A DNA stretch of 64,000 bases from a virus (IMGVR_UViG_2939521961_000018); one strand, 5' to 3'. Numbered from the stretch's first letter, positions 29,993 to 40,780 are shown. The notes: generated by a model not told the origin, from the sequence alone. Translations and numbers: made by a program.

Positions 29993-30030
29993 CAGGAAAA
30001 GAAAACCCGGCGCTGAGGCCGGGTGTTTTT
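29993..30030. terminator. Bidirectional rho-independent terminator ending the cI operon
   Basis: Hairpin CCCGGCGCTGAGGCCGGG flanked by an A-run on one side and TGTTTTT on the other. Confidence 0.5.
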
Positions 30031-30325
30031 AGTCTTTTCTTTTGCTTAGCATTTCGTCGATTTCTAAGTCAATACGATATTGATCTATTGCTTTTCTCTC
30101 GTTTGGGGTTGGTATTTTATACTGTTCAATTAGATCTGTTGTGTATTTTATTTCATCTAATGTGATTTTTATATCAGAGAGAATCTCTTTTATATCAATT
30201 ATATGCTCTTCTTCTTTTGCACGATTAGAGCTATGTTCAATCATTTGAGATAGCTTTTTACTAATGCTTAGCAAAACAAAAAGAATGATGACCAAAACAA
30301 CAACAAAAACTATCAGAAATTCCAT
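30029..30325 (-). CDS. Small single-pass membrane protein in the rex/sie position downstream of cI (superinfection-exclusion candidate)
   Basis: N-terminal TM FLIVFVVVLVIILFVLLSI, charged coiled-coil-like remainder; AT-rich; co-directional with cI. Confidence 0.5.
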   Translation of the reverse strand: MEFLIVFVVVLVIILFVLLSISKKLSQMIEHSSNRAKEEEHIIDIKEILSDIKITLDEIKYTTDLIEQYKIPTPNERKAIDQYRIDLEIDEMLSKRKD

Positions 30326-30365
30326 TATCCCTCCGCACTTCCGTAAGTCTTCTTCTGATTATCGG

Positions 30366-31070
30366 TTACCAACTATGAGACGACCAGAATACTCTGCCAA
30401 TAATCCTTACGGTTTCATGAAATTCATCTCTATCCATTACTTCATCCGGGTACTCTTCGCGATTTATTGATCTGATTATCACCGATGTAGGGGTGGCGAT
30501 TAATGTTTTTACTCGTAACAAATCAGACTGGCAAATAGCGTAGGTTTTACCATCTCTGATTGTGGTATCTTGCGTGTTAACACCAACAACATCGCCATCG
30601 TGAAGCGTTGGTTCCATGCTTTGCCCTACAACCCTAACTAGCTTGGCTGATCTTTCAGATACTCCCATCTTTTTCAGATAGTGCTTTCTGAAAACCAAAG
30701 AGAACTCCGATGATTCCTCTAGCTCGCAGCTACCGCTTCCAGCTGAAAGCGAAACGTTAAGAAGAGGCAACGCAACAAACTCGTCATCGTTTCTTTTAAT
30801 GTCTTCCCATACCACAGCTTTTAAAGATGAATCACGGACATTGGATGGTTCTTCATGTGCACCATCCCTCATTTCACCAATACCAGAACTAAGCCATTCA
30901 GGGCGCACTTTTAAAGCATTGGCTAATTCAACCATCTTGCGAGATCCGTTTGTTTTACCGGACGACATCTTCTGTATGGCTGGCTGAGATATTCCAACCA
31001 TGTCAGCAAGCTGTGATTGTGATACCCCTGCTGAGCTCATGGCTGCATTTAGTCTTTCTGCGAATGTTTT
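30366..31070 (-). CDS. cI: CI-type prophage repressor (HTH plus LexA-like S24 peptidase domain)
   Basis: HTH LADMVGISQPAIQKM; autocleavage Ser in VVGQSMEPTLHDGD; start taken at MKTFAERL so the ORF does not overlap OR. Confidence 0.8.
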   Translation of the reverse strand, partial: KTFAERLNAAMSSAGVSQSQLADMVGISQPAIQKMSSGKTNGSRKMVELANALKVRPEWLSSGIGEMRDGAHEEPSNVRDSSLKAVVWEDIKRNDDEFVALPLLNVSLSAGSGSCELEESSEFSLVFRKHYLKKMGVSERSAKLVRVVGQSMEPTLHDGDVVGVNTQDTTIRDGKTYAICQSDLLRVKTLIATPTSVIIRSINREEYPDEVMDRDEFHETVRIIGRVFWSSHSW

Positions 31071-31083
31071 CATACCCACAAAT

Positions 31084-31145
31084 CTATAACTACGGTTATC
31101 CAAAGTAAAATAACAAAGGTTATTGCTATTTTTTATAACTTGAGT
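31084..31145. promoter_or_regulatory. OR operators (three ATAAC-N4-GTTAT palindromes) with divergent PRM/PR
   Basis: ATAACTACGGTTAT 31084-31097, ATAACAAAGGTTAT 31107-31120, ATAACTTGAGTTAT 31132-31145, spaced 23-25 bp, between cI and cro. Confidence 0.6.
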
Positions 31146-31178
31146 TATCTTTGGTTATAAGTAATGACCACAAGAGGT

Positions 31179-31409
31179 ATGCTCATGAATTTAGTAATTC
31201 AACGAGCCTTGAAAATTGTCGGTAGCCAAAAGCGCCTTGCCGACAAGTGTGGTGTAACGCAGCCAGCAGTACACAAATGGCTGAAAGGCGGGTTGGTCTC
31301 TCCAGAGAAAGTTACCGCCATCGTTAACGCCACTGGAGGGCAGATCAAGGCTTACGAAATTCGCCCCGATTTGCCACACCTGTTTCCAAAACCGAATCAG
31401 GCAGCATAA
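31179..31409 (+). CDS. cro: Cro-like HTH repressor
   Basis: HTH QKRLADKCGVTQPAVHKWL; divergent from cI; start chosen after the AAGAGG RBS (ORF track starts at 31164). Confidence 0.6.
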   Translation: MLMNLVIQRALKIVGSQKRLADKCGVTQPAVHKWLKGGLVSPEKVTAIVNATGGQIKAYEIRPDLPHLFPKPNQAA

Positions 31410-31416
31410 GTAACAC

Positions 31417-31460
31417 CGCTCTTTAACAGTCATGGTCCTCATTCCCGCCGAAATGCGGGA
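31417..31460 (+). promoter_or_regulatory. nutR (boxA CGCTCTTTA plus boxB hairpin)
   Basis: CGCTCTTTA at about 31417-31425 and boxB UCCCGCCGAAAUGCGGGA at 31443-31460, between cro and cII. Confidence 0.55.
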
Positions 31461-31518
31461 ATACAACGCGCATAAGTTGATGCGCATAACTTCTTATTTG
31501 TTAAGGAAATACTTACAT

Positions 31519-31797
31519 ATGGAACTTACAAGTACTCGCAAGAAAGCGAATGCAATTACAAGCAACATCCTGAATCGAATTGCTGTACGTGGTCAGCGAA
31601 AGGTTGCTGATGCATTAGGGATCAATGAATCGCAAATTTCGCGATGGAAAGACAGCTTTATCCCAAAGATGGCCATGCTTCTGGCTGTGCTGGAGTGGGG
31701 TGTTGAAGACGAGGAATTAGCGGAGCTGGCAAAGAAAGTAGCCATGGTGCTGACAAAAGAAAAGCCTCAAGACTGCGGCAACAGTTTTGAGGCCTGA
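31519..31797 (+). CDS. cII: CII-like transcriptional activator
   Basis: ESQISRWKDSFIPKMAMLLAVLEWGVEDEELAELAKKVAMVLT resembles lambda CII; start at MELTSTRKK. Confidence 0.7.
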   Translation: MELTSTRKKANAITSNILNRIAVRGQRKVADALGINESQISRWKDSFIPKMAMLLAVLEWGVEDEELAELAKKVAMVLTKEKPQDCGNSFEA

Positions 31798-31980
31798 TTG
31801 TAGAAAGACTGTATCAATCCACAGGAGTAATTATGACAAAACGTCGTAAGAAATACCAGGAAAAAGAAGAGATTCGACACCCTGATTCACCTGAGGGATT
31901 AGTGGTAGCCGCAGCAAATAACAGGGCGTTCGCAGAGCGCCTTGTTGGTGTTTACAGACTAGCCAAAGCAGGAGTGAAAC

Positions 31981-32802
31981 ATGGGCGTCGTTAAGTTAGC
32001 TGATTACAGGCCTCAACTGGAGGTCGTGGAGCATCGCGTGGCAGATACCGAAGATGGTTTCATGCGCGTTGCTAACGAGATTATCGACAGTCTGCTGATG
32101 GCTGATTTAACCGTCCGGCAGATGAAGGTGATGCTCGCTATCATGCGCAAGACATACGGATTCAATAAGCCGATGGATCGACTCACAAACACGCAGATAG
32201 CAGCCATGACAGGTATTCATCACACTCATGTTTGCGCTGCCAAGCGCCAGCTTATTGAGCGTAAATTCCTCATTGCTGATGGCGTGAAAATCGGAGTGAA
32301 CAAGGTGGTTTCTCAGTGGATTAGCCAGGACAGCTTAACATTAGCTAAAACAGCTAATAAAACATTAGCCGAGTCGGCTAATGGGTATAAGCCAAGTCAG
32401 CTAAACACAAAAGACAATATACAAAAGACAATAAATACAAATACCCCCTTACCCCCTAACGGGGGCGGCGATGGGCAGGTTAAACCTGAACGTCGCAAGG
32501 CAGAACGAATCGACTACGAATCCTTCCTGAACGCCTACAACACCGAAGTCGGTGACAGACTTCCACACGCTGTTGCGGTCAACGAGAAACGAAAACGCCG
32601 CCTGAAGAAAATCATCCCGCAACTGAAAACGCCAAACGTGGACGGTTTCAGAGCGTATGTCAGGGCGTTTGTGCATCAGGCCAAGCCGTTTTACTTCGGA
32701 GACAACGACACGGGCTGGACGGCAGATTTTGATTACCTGCTGAGGGAAGACTCGTTAACGGGAGTTCGGGAAGGGAAGTTTGCAGACAGGGGGATTGCAT
32801 GA
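31981..32802 (+). CDS. O: Replication initiator O (lambda O family)
   Basis: N-terminal [33 protein letters not shown] resembles lambda O; iterons lie inside the gene. Confidence 0.8.
   Translation: MGVVKLADYRPQLEVVEHRVADTEDGFMRVANEIIDSLLMADLTVRQMKVMLAIMRKTYGFNKPMDRLTNTQIAAMTGIHHTHVCAAKRQLIERKFLIADGVKIGVNKVVSQWISQDSLTLAKTANKTLAESANGYKPSQLNTKDNIQKTINTNTPLPPNGGGDGQVKPERRKAERIDYESFLNAYNTEVGDRLPHAVAVNEKRKRRLKKIIPQLKTPNVDGFRAYVRAFVHQAKPFYFGDNDTGWTADFDYLLREDSLTGVREGKFADRGIA
32331..32456 (+). other. Phage origin of replication: four TTAGC-N6-GCTAA iterons followed by an AT-rich tract
   Basis: TTAGCCAGGACAGCTTAA, TTAGCTAAAACAGCTAA, TTAGCCGAGTCGGCTAA, GCCAAGTCAGCTAA, then CACAAAAGACAATATACAAAAGACAATAAATACAAATAC. 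Confidence 0.55.
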
Positions 32803-34175
32803 GACAGGATATCGAAGCGAGCGTTATCGGTGGCTTGCTGATTGGTGGATTAACACCAACCGCCAGCGACGTTCTGGCAACGCTGGAGCCGGAAGCGTTT
32901 TCAATTCCGCTCTACCGGAAAGCCTTCGAAGTTATCCGTAAGCAGGCGAGAAACAGAAACCTAATCGACGCGCTGATGGTTGCCGAGGCGTGCGGAGAGG
33001 AGCATTTCACGTCAATCCTGATGACCAGCAAAAACTGCCCGAGTGCCGCAAACCTGAAGGGATATGCCGGAATGGTCGCGGATAACTATCACCGCCGTCT
33101 GGTGCTGGAAATCATGGACGAAATGCGTGAACCAATTCAGAGCGGAACCATCGATACATCGAGTCAGGCGATGGACGAGCTTGTAAAGCGTCTCTCAGCC
33201 ATCAGAAAGCCCCGTGACGAGGTTAAACCTGTACGGTTAGGGGAAATCATCACTGACTACACTGACACGCTTGACAGGCGTCTGAGGAACGGAGAAGAGT
33301 CAGATACCCTGAAGACCGGAATCGAAGAACTTGACGCCATCACCGGAGGGATGAACGCGGAAGACCTGGTGATTATCGCCGCTCGTCCTGGTATGGGGAA
33401 AACCGAACTGGCGCTGAAGATTGCCGAAGGTGTTGCAAGCCGCGTTATTCCTGGTTCTGACGTCCGGCGCGGAGTGTTGATTTTCTCGATGGAAATGAGC
33501 GCATTGCAGATTGCAGAGCGGAGCATTGCCAACGCCGGGAGGATGTCGGTTAGCGTACTGCGAAATCCTGCATCGATGGATGACGAAGGCTGGGCGCGTG
33601 TTGCTAACGGCATGAGTCAGCTTGCAGATTTGGATGTATGGGTAGTCGATGCCTCGCGGTTATCGGTAGAAGAAATTCGCTCAATCGCAGAGCGGAACAA
33701 ACAGGAAAATCCAAACCTGTCACTCATCATGGCGGATTATCTTGGCCTGATTGAGAAGCCGAAAGCAGACCGCAACGACCTCGCAATTGCTCACATCTCA
33801 GGAAGCCTGAAGGCGATGGCGAAAGACCTGAAAACGCCTGTTATCTCCCTAAGTCAGCTTTCGCGCGATGTTGAGAAGCGACCAAACAAACGCCCGACAA
33901 ACGCAGATTTGCGTGATTCAGGAAGCATTGAGCAGGACGCAGACTCAATCATCATGCTCTATCGGGAAGCGGTATATGACGAGAACAGTAGCGCCGCACC
34001 ATTTGCTGAAATCATTGTGACGAAAAACCGGTTTGGCCCACTTGGTACGGTTTACCAGCGGTTCTGTAACGGACACTTTGTTGCATGTGACCAGGATGAA
34101 GCCAGACAGATTTGCACAGCATCAAATGCACCTGCTTCGCGTGGCAGACGATATGCACAAGGGGCTGACGTATGA
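32799..34175 (+). CDS. DnaB-family replicative helicase (P22 gene 12-like)
   Basis: Walker [13 protein letters not shown], DnaB C-terminal motifs; overlaps the O stop. Confidence 0.8.
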   Translation: MRQDIEASVIGGLLIGGLTPTASDVLATLEPEAFSIPLYRKAFEVIRKQARNRNLIDALMVAEACGEEHFTSILMTSKNCPSAANLKGYAGMVADNYHRRLVLEIMDEMREPIQSGTIDTSSQAMDELVKRLSAIRKPRDEVKPVRLGEIITDYTDTLDRRLRNGEESDTLKTGIEELDAITGGMNAEDLVIIAARPGMGKTELALKIAEGVASRVIPGSDVRRGVLIFSMEMSALQIAERSIANAGRMSVSVLRNPASMDDEGWARVANGMSQLADLDVWVVDASRLSVEEIRSIAERNKQENPNLSLIMADYLGLIEKPKADRNDLAIAHISGSLKAMAKDLKTPVISLSQLSRDVEKRPNKRPTNADLRDSGSIEQDADSIIMLYREAVYDENSSAAPFAEIIVTKNRFGPLGTVYQRFCNGHFVACDQDEARQICTASNAPASRGRRYAQGADV

Positions 34176-34261
34176 CCATCTACATCACTGAGCTAATAAC
34201 AGGCCTGCTGGTAATCGCAGGCCTTTTTATTTGGGGGAGAGGGAATTGGAGGCTTTAAGAA

Positions 34262-34477
34262 ATGAGTACGATAGCTGAGCTTGTCAGGGCTAATTTTCGT
34301 GAAGAGTTGGTGCGTTGGTATCGGTATCGTTCATCGTCCAGTTTGCCGATTGATGAGTTGTATGAGCATTCACCTGCTGCACGACGCTATCCGCGTGACC
34401 GTGTCCTTCGACGGTTGTTCAAACTCAACAATGAGTTTCAGCGCAACAGAATAATCCGGAGTCTGGATTTAAAGTGA
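34262..34477 (+). CDS. Hypothetical small phage protein
   Basis: 71-aa ORF between helicase and nin region. Confidence 0.3.
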   Translation: MSTIAELVRANFREELVRWYRYRSSSSLPIDELYEHSPAARRYPRDRVLRRLFKLNNEFQRNRIIRSLDLK

Positions 34478-34481
34478 AGGA

Positions 34482-34673
34482 GTGAGCATGAGTCGAAGAA
34501 GTAGCTTTTTGGGGTTTGTAATATTCCTGTCCTGCACTGGTTACATCGTAATCTGGTCAATTTCGAACATTGACCGTGGCGGGGAATATCTCATTGTAAT
34601 GTTCTTTCCTTTGTTTCTTGGGTGGTACGCCGCAAGGTTGCTGGAAGAATGGGGTTACAGGCATAAAAAATAA
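34482..34673 (+). CDS. Hypothetical small membrane protein
   Basis: 63-aa ORF with two hydrophobic segments. Confidence 0.3.
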   Translation: MSMSRRSSFLGFVIFLSCTGYIVIWSISNIDRGGEYLIVMFFPLFLGWYAARLLEEWGYRHKK

Positions 34674-34930
34674 AGGAGTGTTCAGTGAAGCAAACCCTTT
34701 TTTATTGGATTAAGAGCGAGGGGTAAGTACCGATGGTAAATGCATTTATTTGTAGTTTATTTCTTGTCGCGATTTTTCATGGATTCCTTCTGATGATGAG
34801 TTTTGTTCTCTGGAATAATGGATATCGCATATTGGGAGTAGGTTTTGTTTTACGGTTTTCAGTTGTCTGCGCGTTGCTACCGATAATTATGGCGACTATC
34901 AAATATTATTGGTAACCCAAAAAATCATCG

Positions 34931-35299
34931 ATGGAGAGTGATATGGACGAATCAAGAAAGCAGTTTGAGGAATACGTTGCCAAAAAATTGAGATTACCAT
35001 TCGAGATGATAACCGAGGCAAGAAATGGTGATAGGTACTTCGCATTTTCAAGCATGGATATTCGTCACTCCTTAAATGAGTGGTGGACTTTATGGCAGGC
35101 ATCGCGAGCAGCTATTGAACTGGATATCGACTGGCCAGAATCGAATGACGACTTTTGGAAAGATGGTGAAGAAGGTGCTTATGCGATGGGTTATGAGGAT
35201 GGGCGTGACAAAACGGTAATTGCAGTAATGAAAGCTATCAGAGCCGCTGGAATTAAAGAGAAGAATTTCGATGAAGCAAACAATATTCCTCCGAACTAA
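34931..35299 (+). CDS. Hypothetical phage protein
   Basis: 122-aa ORF upstream of ninB. Confidence 0.4.
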   Translation: MESDMDESRKQFEEYVAKKLRLPFEMITEARNGDRYFAFSSMDIRHSLNEWWTLWQASRAAIELDIDWPESNDDFWKDGEEGAYAMGYEDGRDKTVIAVMKAIRAAGIKEKNFDEANNIPPN

Positions 35300-35681
35300 G
35301 CAACAACAGCAAGCCGCAATCAACGCCATCCTCGCAACACCACTCGATAAAGACAAGCCAGTCACCATCCGCATTACTGACTACAAGCGCAACCTTGACC
35401 AGAACGCAAAATTTCACGCGATGCTGGCGGATATCGCACGTCAGGTTCAATGGTGCGATAAGTGGTTAAAACCAGAACAATGGAAGGTTTTGTTGATTAG
35501 CGGTCATGCAGTGGCAACAAAGCAGGAAGCTGATGTTTTGCCCGGCCTTGAAGGCGAATACGTCAACATTCGCGAAAGTAGCGCGCAGATGAGTGTGAAG
35601 CGTATGGCAAGTCTGATTGAGTACACGACAGCATGGGCTATTGGTCAGGGCGTCAGATTTACCGACAGGAGGTACGAATGA
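35271..35681 (+). CDS. ninB: NinB recombination protein
   Basis: 136 aa; lambda NinB-like, conserved nin order. Confidence 0.8.
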   Translation: MKQTIFLRTKQQQQAAINAILATPLDKDKPVTIRITDYKRNLDQNAKFHAMLADIARQVQWCDKWLKPEQWKVLLISGHAVATKQEADVLPGLEGEYVNIRESSAQMSVKRMASLIEYTTAWAIGQGVRFTDRRYE

Positions 35682-35854
35682 GACGACAGCGACGAAGTAT
35701 CACCGACATAATCTGTGAAAACTGCAAATACCTTCCAACGAAACGCTCCAGAAATAAACGCAAGCCAATCCCAAAAGAATCTGACGTAAAAACCTTCAAC
35801 TACACGGCTCACCTGTGGGATATCCGGTGGCTAAGACATCGTGCGAGGAAATGA
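35678..35854 (+). CDS. Nin-region small protein (NinD/NinE-like)
   Basis: [34 protein letters not shown] start/stop overlap with ninB. Confidence 0.55.
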   Translation: MRRQRRSITDIICENCKYLPTKRSRNKRKPIPKESDVKTFNYTAHLWDIRWLRHRARK

Positions 35855-36258
35855 CAATGCTTTTAATTCAACCTGGATTTGGACTTAGCATCAAAAAAGG
35901 CCACATGTTTGGTGAGAAAGAGTCACAACGAAAAATGGTGTCTATCCGGTTGCCATTTATCAGTATTTATTGGCTAAACAGGGAGGCAACAAATTATTGG
36001 TATACATGCGCCAGAGCAGCATTTAACGACCCTGACTGGTTTGTGAAAAACCACCACGCAGTTCGTCAGGCAAAGAGAAAGGCCAATATGACATACATGA
36101 AGGCGTATCAAAAAGCATGGAAAGAACACCGCGATCGATACCAACAAGACATGGAAAAGCTTGAATCAGAAAACATGGAATTAAGACGAAAGCTCGGTGA
36201 AGCAAAACGAGACATTGATGCTTACAAGCGACTTTTTAATGGTGAAAGCCATGCTTAG
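35851..36258 (+). CDS. Nin-region hypothetical protein
   Basis: Start [12 protein letters not shown] overlaps previous stop (ATGA); C-terminal coiled coil. Confidence 0.45.
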   Translation: MTMLLIQPGFGLSIKKGHMFGEKESQRKMVSIRLPFISIYWLNREATNYWYTCARAAFNDPDWFVKNHHAVRQAKRKANMTYMKAYQKAWKEHRDRYQQDMEKLESENMELRRKLGEAKRDIDAYKRLFNGESHA

Positions 36259-36427
36259 CCCATCCCAATCCCTTCAATACCAGAAAGAAAGCGTCGAGCG
36301 AGCTTTAACGTGCGCTAACTGCGGTCAGAAGCTGCATGTGCTGGAAGTTCACGTGTGTGAGCACTGCTGTGCAGAACTGATGAGCGATCCGAATAGCTCA
36401 ATGTACGAGGAAGAATACGATGGCTAA
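36251..36427 (+). CDS. ninF: NinF
   Basis: [40 protein letters not shown] matches recalled lambda NinF. Confidence 0.8.
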   Translation: MLSPSQSLQYQKESVERALTCANCGQKLHVLEVHVCEHCCAELMSDPNSSMYEEEYDG

Positions 36428-37025
36428 ACCAGCGAGAAGGAAATGCAAAATATGCAAGGAATGGTTTCACCCGGCATTCTCAAATCAGTGGTGGTGCTGC
36501 CCGGAACACGGAACTCAATTAGCACTCGAACGACGAAGTAAAGAACGCGAAAAAGCGGAAAAAGCAGCAGAGAAGAAACGACGACGAGAGGAGCAGAAAC
36601 AGAAAGATAAACTTAAGATTCGAAAACTCGCCTTAAAGCCCCGCAGTTACTGGATTAAACAAGCCCAACAAGCTGTAAACGCCTTCATCAGAGAAAGAGA
36701 CCGCGACTTACCATGTATCTCGTGCGGAACGCTCACGTCTGCTCAGTGGGATGCCGGACATTACCGGACAACTGCTGCGGCACCTCAACTCCGATTTGAT
36801 GAACGCAATATTCACAAGCAATGCGTGGTGTGCAACCAGCACAAAAGCGGAAATCTCGTTCCGTATCGCGTCGAACTGATTAACCGCATAGGGCAGGAAG
36901 CAGTAGACGAAATCGAATCAAACCATAGCCGCCATCGCTGGACTATCGAAGAGTGCAAGGCGATCAAGGCAGAGTACCAACAGAAACTCAAAGACCTGCG
37001 AAATAGCAGAAGTGAGGCCGCATGA
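36420..37025 (+). CDS. ninG: NinG (Rap-like)
   Basis: 201 aa, lambda NinG-like. Confidence 0.8.
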   Translation: MAKPARRKCKICKEWFHPAFSNQWWCCPEHGTQLALERRSKEREKAEKAAEKKRRREEQKQKDKLKIRKLALKPRSYWIKQAQQAVNAFIRERDRDLPCISCGTLTSAQWDAGHYRTTAAAPQLRFDERNIHKQCVVCNQHKSGNLVPYRVELINRIGQEAVDEIESNHSRHRWTIEECKAIKAEYQQKLKDLRNSRSEAA

Positions 37026-37228
37026 CGTTCTCAGTAAAAACCATTCCAGACATGCTCGTTGAAGCATACGGAAACCAGACAGAAGTAGCACGCAGACTGA
37101 AATGTAGTCGCGGCACGGTAAGAAAATACGTTGATGATAAAGACGGGAAAATGCACGCCATCGTCAACGACGTTCTTATGGTTCATCGCGGATGGAGTGA
37201 AAGAGATGCGCTATTACGAAAGAATTGA
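37022..37228 (+). CDS. ninH: NinH
   Basis: 68 aa [26 protein letters not shown], lambda NinH-like. Confidence 0.8.
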   Translation: MTFSVKTIPDMLVEAYGNQTEVARRLKCSRGTVRKYVDDKDGKMHAIVNDVLMVHRGWSERDALLRKN

Positions 37229-37871
37229 TGGCAGCAAATACCGAAATATTTGGGTAGTTGGCGATCTGCACGGATGCTACACGAACCTGATGAAAAAACT
37301 GGAGACGATAGGATTCGACACCAAAAAAGACCTGCTTATCTCGGTTGGCGATTTGGTCGATCGCGGTACAGAGAACGTCGAATGTCTGGAATTAATCACA
37401 TTCCCCTGGTTCAGAGCTGTACGTGGAAACCATGAGCAAATGATGATTGATGGCTTATCAGAGCGTGGAAACGTCAATCACTGGCTGCTTAATGGCGGTG
37501 GCTGGTTCTTTAATCTCGATTACGACAAAGAAATTCTGGCTAAAGCTCTTGCCCATAAAGCAGGTGAACTTCCGTTAATCATCGAACTGGTGAGCAAAGA
37601 TAAAAAATATGTCATCTGCCACGCCGATTATCCTTGTGACGAATACGAGTTTGGAAAGCCAGTTGATCATCAGCAGTTAATTTGGAACCGCGAACGAATC
37701 AGCAACTCACAAGACGGGATCGTGAAAGAAATCAAAGGAGCGGACATGTTCATCTTTGGTCATACGCCAGCAGTGAAACCACTCAAGTTTGCCAACCAGA
37801 TGTATATCGATACCGGCGCAGTGTTCTGCGGAAACCTCACATTGATTCATGTACAGGGAGAAGGCGCATGA
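37206..37871 (+). CDS. ninI: NinI Ser/Thr protein phosphatase
   Basis: Metallophosphatase motifs GDLHG, GDLVDRG, GNHE; start [12 protein letters not shown]. Confidence 0.85.
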   Translation: MRYYERIDGSKYRNIWVVGDLHGCYTNLMKKLETIGFDTKKDLLISVGDLVDRGTENVECLELITFPWFRAVRGNHEQMMIDGLSERGNVNHWLLNGGGWFFNLDYDKEILAKALAHKAGELPLIIELVSKDKKYVICHADYPCDEYEFGKPVDHQQLIWNRERISNSQDGIVKEIKGADMFIFGHTPAVKPLKFANQMYIDTGAVFCGNLTLIHVQGEGA

Positions 37872-38491
37872 GACTCGAAAGCGTAGCTAAATTTCATTCG
37901 CCAAAAAGCCCGATGATGAGCGACTCACCACGGGCTACGGCTTCTGACTCTCTTTCCGGTACTGATGTGATGGCTGCTATGGGGATGGCGCAATCACAAG
38001 CCGGATTCGGAATGGCTGCATTCTGCGGTAAGCATGAACTCAGCCAGAACGACAAACAAAAGGCTATCAACTATCTGATGCAATTTGCACACAAGGTATC
38101 GGGGAAATACCGTGGCGTGGCAAAGCTTGAAGGAAATACTAAGGCAAAGGTACTGCAAGTGCTCGCAACATTCGCTTATGCGGATTATTGCCGTAGTGCC
38201 GCGACGCCGGGCGCAAGATGCAGAGATTGTCACGGTACAGGCCGTGCGGTTGATATAGCAAAAACAGAGCAGTGGGGGAGAGTTGTTGAGAAAGAGTGCG
38301 GAAGATGCAAAGGCGTCGGCTATTCAAGGATGCCAGCAAGTGCCGCATATCGCGCTGTAACGATGCTAATCCCAAACCTTACTCAACCCACCTGGTCACG
38401 CACTGTTAAGCCGCTGTATGACGCTCTGGTGGTGCAATGCCACAAGGAAGAGTCAATCGCAGACAACATTTTGAACGCGGTCACACGTTAG
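37868..38491 (+). CDS. Q: Late-gene antiterminator Q (lambda Q type)
   Basis: 207 aa [29 protein letters not shown]...[12 protein letters not shown]...[10 protein letters not shown], near-identical to recalled lambda Q. Confidence 0.9.
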   Translation: MRLESVAKFHSPKSPMMSDSPRATASDSLSGTDVMAAMGMAQSQAGFGMAAFCGKHELSQNDKQKAINYLMQFAHKVSGKYRGVAKLEGNTKAKVLQVLATFAYADYCRSAATPGARCRDCHGTGRAVDIAKTEQWGRVVEKECGRCKGVGYSRMPASAAYRAVTMLIPNLTQPTWSRTVKPLYDALVVQCHKEESIADNILNAVTR

Positions 38492-38533
38492 CAGCATGAT
38501 TGCCACGGATGGCAACATATTAACGGCATGATA

Positions 38534-38562
38534 TTGACTTATTGAATAAAGTTGGGTAAATT
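38534..38562 (+). promoter_or_regulatory. Late promoter PR' (with qut region)
   Basis: TTGACT-N17-TAAATT in TTGACTTATTGAATAAAGTTGGGTAAATTTGAC, as in lambda. Confidence 0.65.
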
Positions 38563-38702
38563 TGACCCAACGATGGGTTAATTCGCTCGTTGTGGTATTG
38601 AGATAAAAAGAGGCGGCGCTTACTACCGATTCCGCCCAGTTGGTCACTTCGACGTATCGTCTGGAACTCCAACCATCGCAGGCTGAGAGGTCTGCAAAAT
38701 GC

Positions 38703-38762
38703 AATCCCGAAACAGTTCGCAGGTAATAGTTAGAGCCTGCATAACGGTTTCGGGATTTTTTA
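38703..38762 (+). terminator. tR' terminator (end of the 6S-type short late transcript)
   Basis: ATCCCGAAAC...GTTTCGGGAT hairpin followed by TTTTTTAT, as in lambda. Confidence 0.6.
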
Positions 38763-38771
38763 TATCTGTGT

Positions 38772-39126
38772 AACAGGTAAGAGCATTCTCCCTTATGGGG
38801 CTTGGCTTAAATGCACCGAGTGCTCTTATCGTTGTGGCAGCACAACGATAGTTTTCGTCAGAGTTGGCGACTTTGCGGTTTTTTAGAAACTGACCACAAA
38901 GATAAATGCAAACGATGATGTTGTTCTGATGGCGGCGTAATAGCCTGTAAGTCAGCAAGGTCTTCCGACTCCTTGTAAACAAATTCGGCGCACTGGCCCG
39001 GTGTGATTAATAATGGGCACACAACAGGTAAGAGCATTAAAGAACTGGCAAAGAGCTTAACGGTCTGCGAAAGCATTTCTTAGTGGCACAACTGGCCGGT
39101 ACAACTGAGTGCTCTTTCCGGTGTGG
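38772..39126 (+). repeat. Two diverged copies of a stem-loop module (AACAGGTAAGAGCATT ... GAGTGCTCTT[AT][TC]CG[TG]TGTGG) in the late leader
   Basis: Module A 38772-38837, module B 39023-39126; in each TAAGAGCA pairs with TGCTCTTA. Confidence 0.4.
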
Positions 39127-39562
39127 TGAATGCGCAGGCTGATGCGCGCAGGAGAGCTTCGGAAGAACAAGGTGCCTGTATACAAGCCGGAGATCAGCGC
39201 CGGCCACCACAGCCAAATCCACCCAGAGCAAAACCGTTGTTCATCCTTACCATTCACTCAGTATTTTGGGCTACACCATCAGCCCATTTTTTAAAGCGTA
39301 CTTCCACCAAGAACCAGACCTAACCAACTCATTGCTGACACTCTGTGGATACGGTTGTCTAGTACGCTTTAAAAAAGAAAACCCAGCATCAATGGCTGGG
39401 CTTCGTGATATGAGCGGCATGTATTGTTGGCGCAATCCACGCCTGATTTGCTCATGAATGCGGTCACGAACAAACCCGTTACAAATCAACCGTAACCCGG
39501 ATTTGTTCAAGCGACCATATCCATAATTCCTAATTTGAACAGATCCCCTTCTGGGGTAAGAC

Positions 39563-39886
39563 ATGAAGATGCCAGAAAAACATGACCTGTTAGCCGCTAT
39601 TCTCGCGGCAAAGGAACAAGGCATCGGGGCAATCCTTGCGTTTGCAATGGCGTACCTTCGCGGCAGATATAATGGCGGTGCGTTTACAAAAACAGTAATC
39701 GACGCAACGATGTGTGCCATTATCGCCTGGTTCATTCGTGACCTTCTCGACTTCGCCGGACTAAGTAGCAATCTCGCTTATATAACGAGCGTGTTCATCG
39801 GCTACATCGGTACTGACTCGATTGGTTCGCTTATCAAACGCTTCGCTGCTAAAAAAGCCGGAGTAGAAGATGGTGGAAATCAATAA
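39563..39886 (+). CDS. S: Holin S (lambda S107/S105 type)
   Basis: [31 protein letters not shown], dual-start Met1/Met3. Confidence 0.9.
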   Translation: MKMPEKHDLLAAILAAKEQGIGAILAFAMAYLRGRYNGGAFTKTVIDATMCAIIAWFIRDLLDFAGLSSNLAYITSVFIGYIGTDSIGSLIKRFAAKKAGVEDGGNQ

Positions 39887-40346
39887 TCAACGCAAGGCGT
39901 TCCTCGATATGCTGGCGTGGTCAGAGGGAACAGATAATGGACGGCAGAAAACCAGAAATCATGGTTATGACGTCATTGTTGGCGGAGAGCTATTCACTGA
40001 TTACTCCGATCATCCTCGCAAACTTGTCACGCTAAACCCAAAACTCAAATCAACAGCCGCCGGACGTTACCAGCTTCTTTCCCGTTGGTGGGATGCCTAT
40101 CGTAAGCAGCTTGGCCTGAAAGACTTCTCTCCCAAAAGCCAGGACGCTGTTGCGCTGCAGCAGATTAAAGAGCGTGGCGCTTTGCCGATGATTGATCGCG
40201 GTGATATTCGTCAGGCAATCGACCGTTGCAGCAATATCTGGGCTTCACTGCCGGGCGCTGGTTATGGTCAGTTCGAGCATAAGGCTGACAGCCTGATTGC
40301 AAAATTCAAAGAAGCGGGCGGAACGGTCAGAGAGATTGAGGTATGA
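39870..40346 (+). CDS. R: Endolysin R (lytic transglycosylase)
   Basis: 158 aa [34 protein letters not shown] matches recalled lambda R. Confidence 0.9.
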   Translation: MVEINNQRKAFLDMLAWSEGTDNGRQKTRNHGYDVIVGGELFTDYSDHPRKLVTLNPKLKSTAAGRYQLLSRWWDAYRKQLGLKDFSPKSQDAVALQQIKERGALPMIDRGDIRQAIDRCSNIWASLPGAGYGQFEHKADSLIAKFKEAGGTVREIEV

Positions 40347-40780
40347 GCAGAGTCACCGCGATTATCTCCGCTCTGGTTATCTGCATCATCGTCTGCCTGT
40401 CATGGGCTGTTAATCATTACCGTGATAACGCCATGACCTACAAAGAGCAGCGCGATAAAGCCACATCCATCATCGCTGATATGCAGAAGCGTCAACGTGA
40501 TGTAGCAGAACTCGACGCCAGATACACAAAGGAGCTTGCTGATGCTAACGCTACTATCGAAAGCCTTCGTGCTGATGTTTCTGCTGGTCGTAAGCGCCTG
40601 CAAGTCGCCGCCACCTGTGCAAAGTCAACGACCGGAGCCAGCAGCATGGGCGATGGAGAAAGCCCAAGACTTACAGCAGATGCTGAACTCAATTATTACC
40701 GTCTCCGAAGTGGAATCGACAGGATAACCGCGCAGGTTAACTACCTGCAGGAGTACATCAGGACTCAGTGCCTGAAATAA
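40343..40780 (+). CDS. Rz: Spanin inner-membrane subunit Rz
   Basis: N-terminal TM then coiled coil; overlaps the R stop. Confidence 0.85.
   Translation: MSRVTAIISALVICIIVCLSWAVNHYRDNAMTYKEQRDKATSIIADMQKRQRDVAELDARYTKELADANATIESLRADVSAGRKRLQVAATCAKSTTGASSMGDGESPRLTADAELNYYRLRSGIDRITAQVNYLQEYIRTQCLK
40536..40727 (+). CDS. Rz1: Spanin outer-membrane lipoprotein Rz1 (embedded in +1 frame of Rz)
   Basis: Lipobox LVVSAC, proline-rich mature region; fully nested in Rz. Confidence 0.75.
   Translation: MLMLTLLSKAFVLMFLLVVSACKSPPPVQSQRPEPAAWAMEKAQDLQQMLNSIITVSEVESTG

Noticed and set aside
31834-31995. 53-aa ORF (MTKRRKKYQEKEEIRHPDSPEGLVVAAANNRAFAERL...) with an AGGAG RBS between cII and O
   Set aside because: Plausible small phage gene but below the ORF-track cut-off and without a recognisable family; left unannotated.
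38453-39771. Minus-strand ORFs of 60-166 aa in the Q-to-S interval
   Set aside because: They overlap PR', tR' and the holin gene and run against the late operon; the interval is better explained as structured leader DNA.
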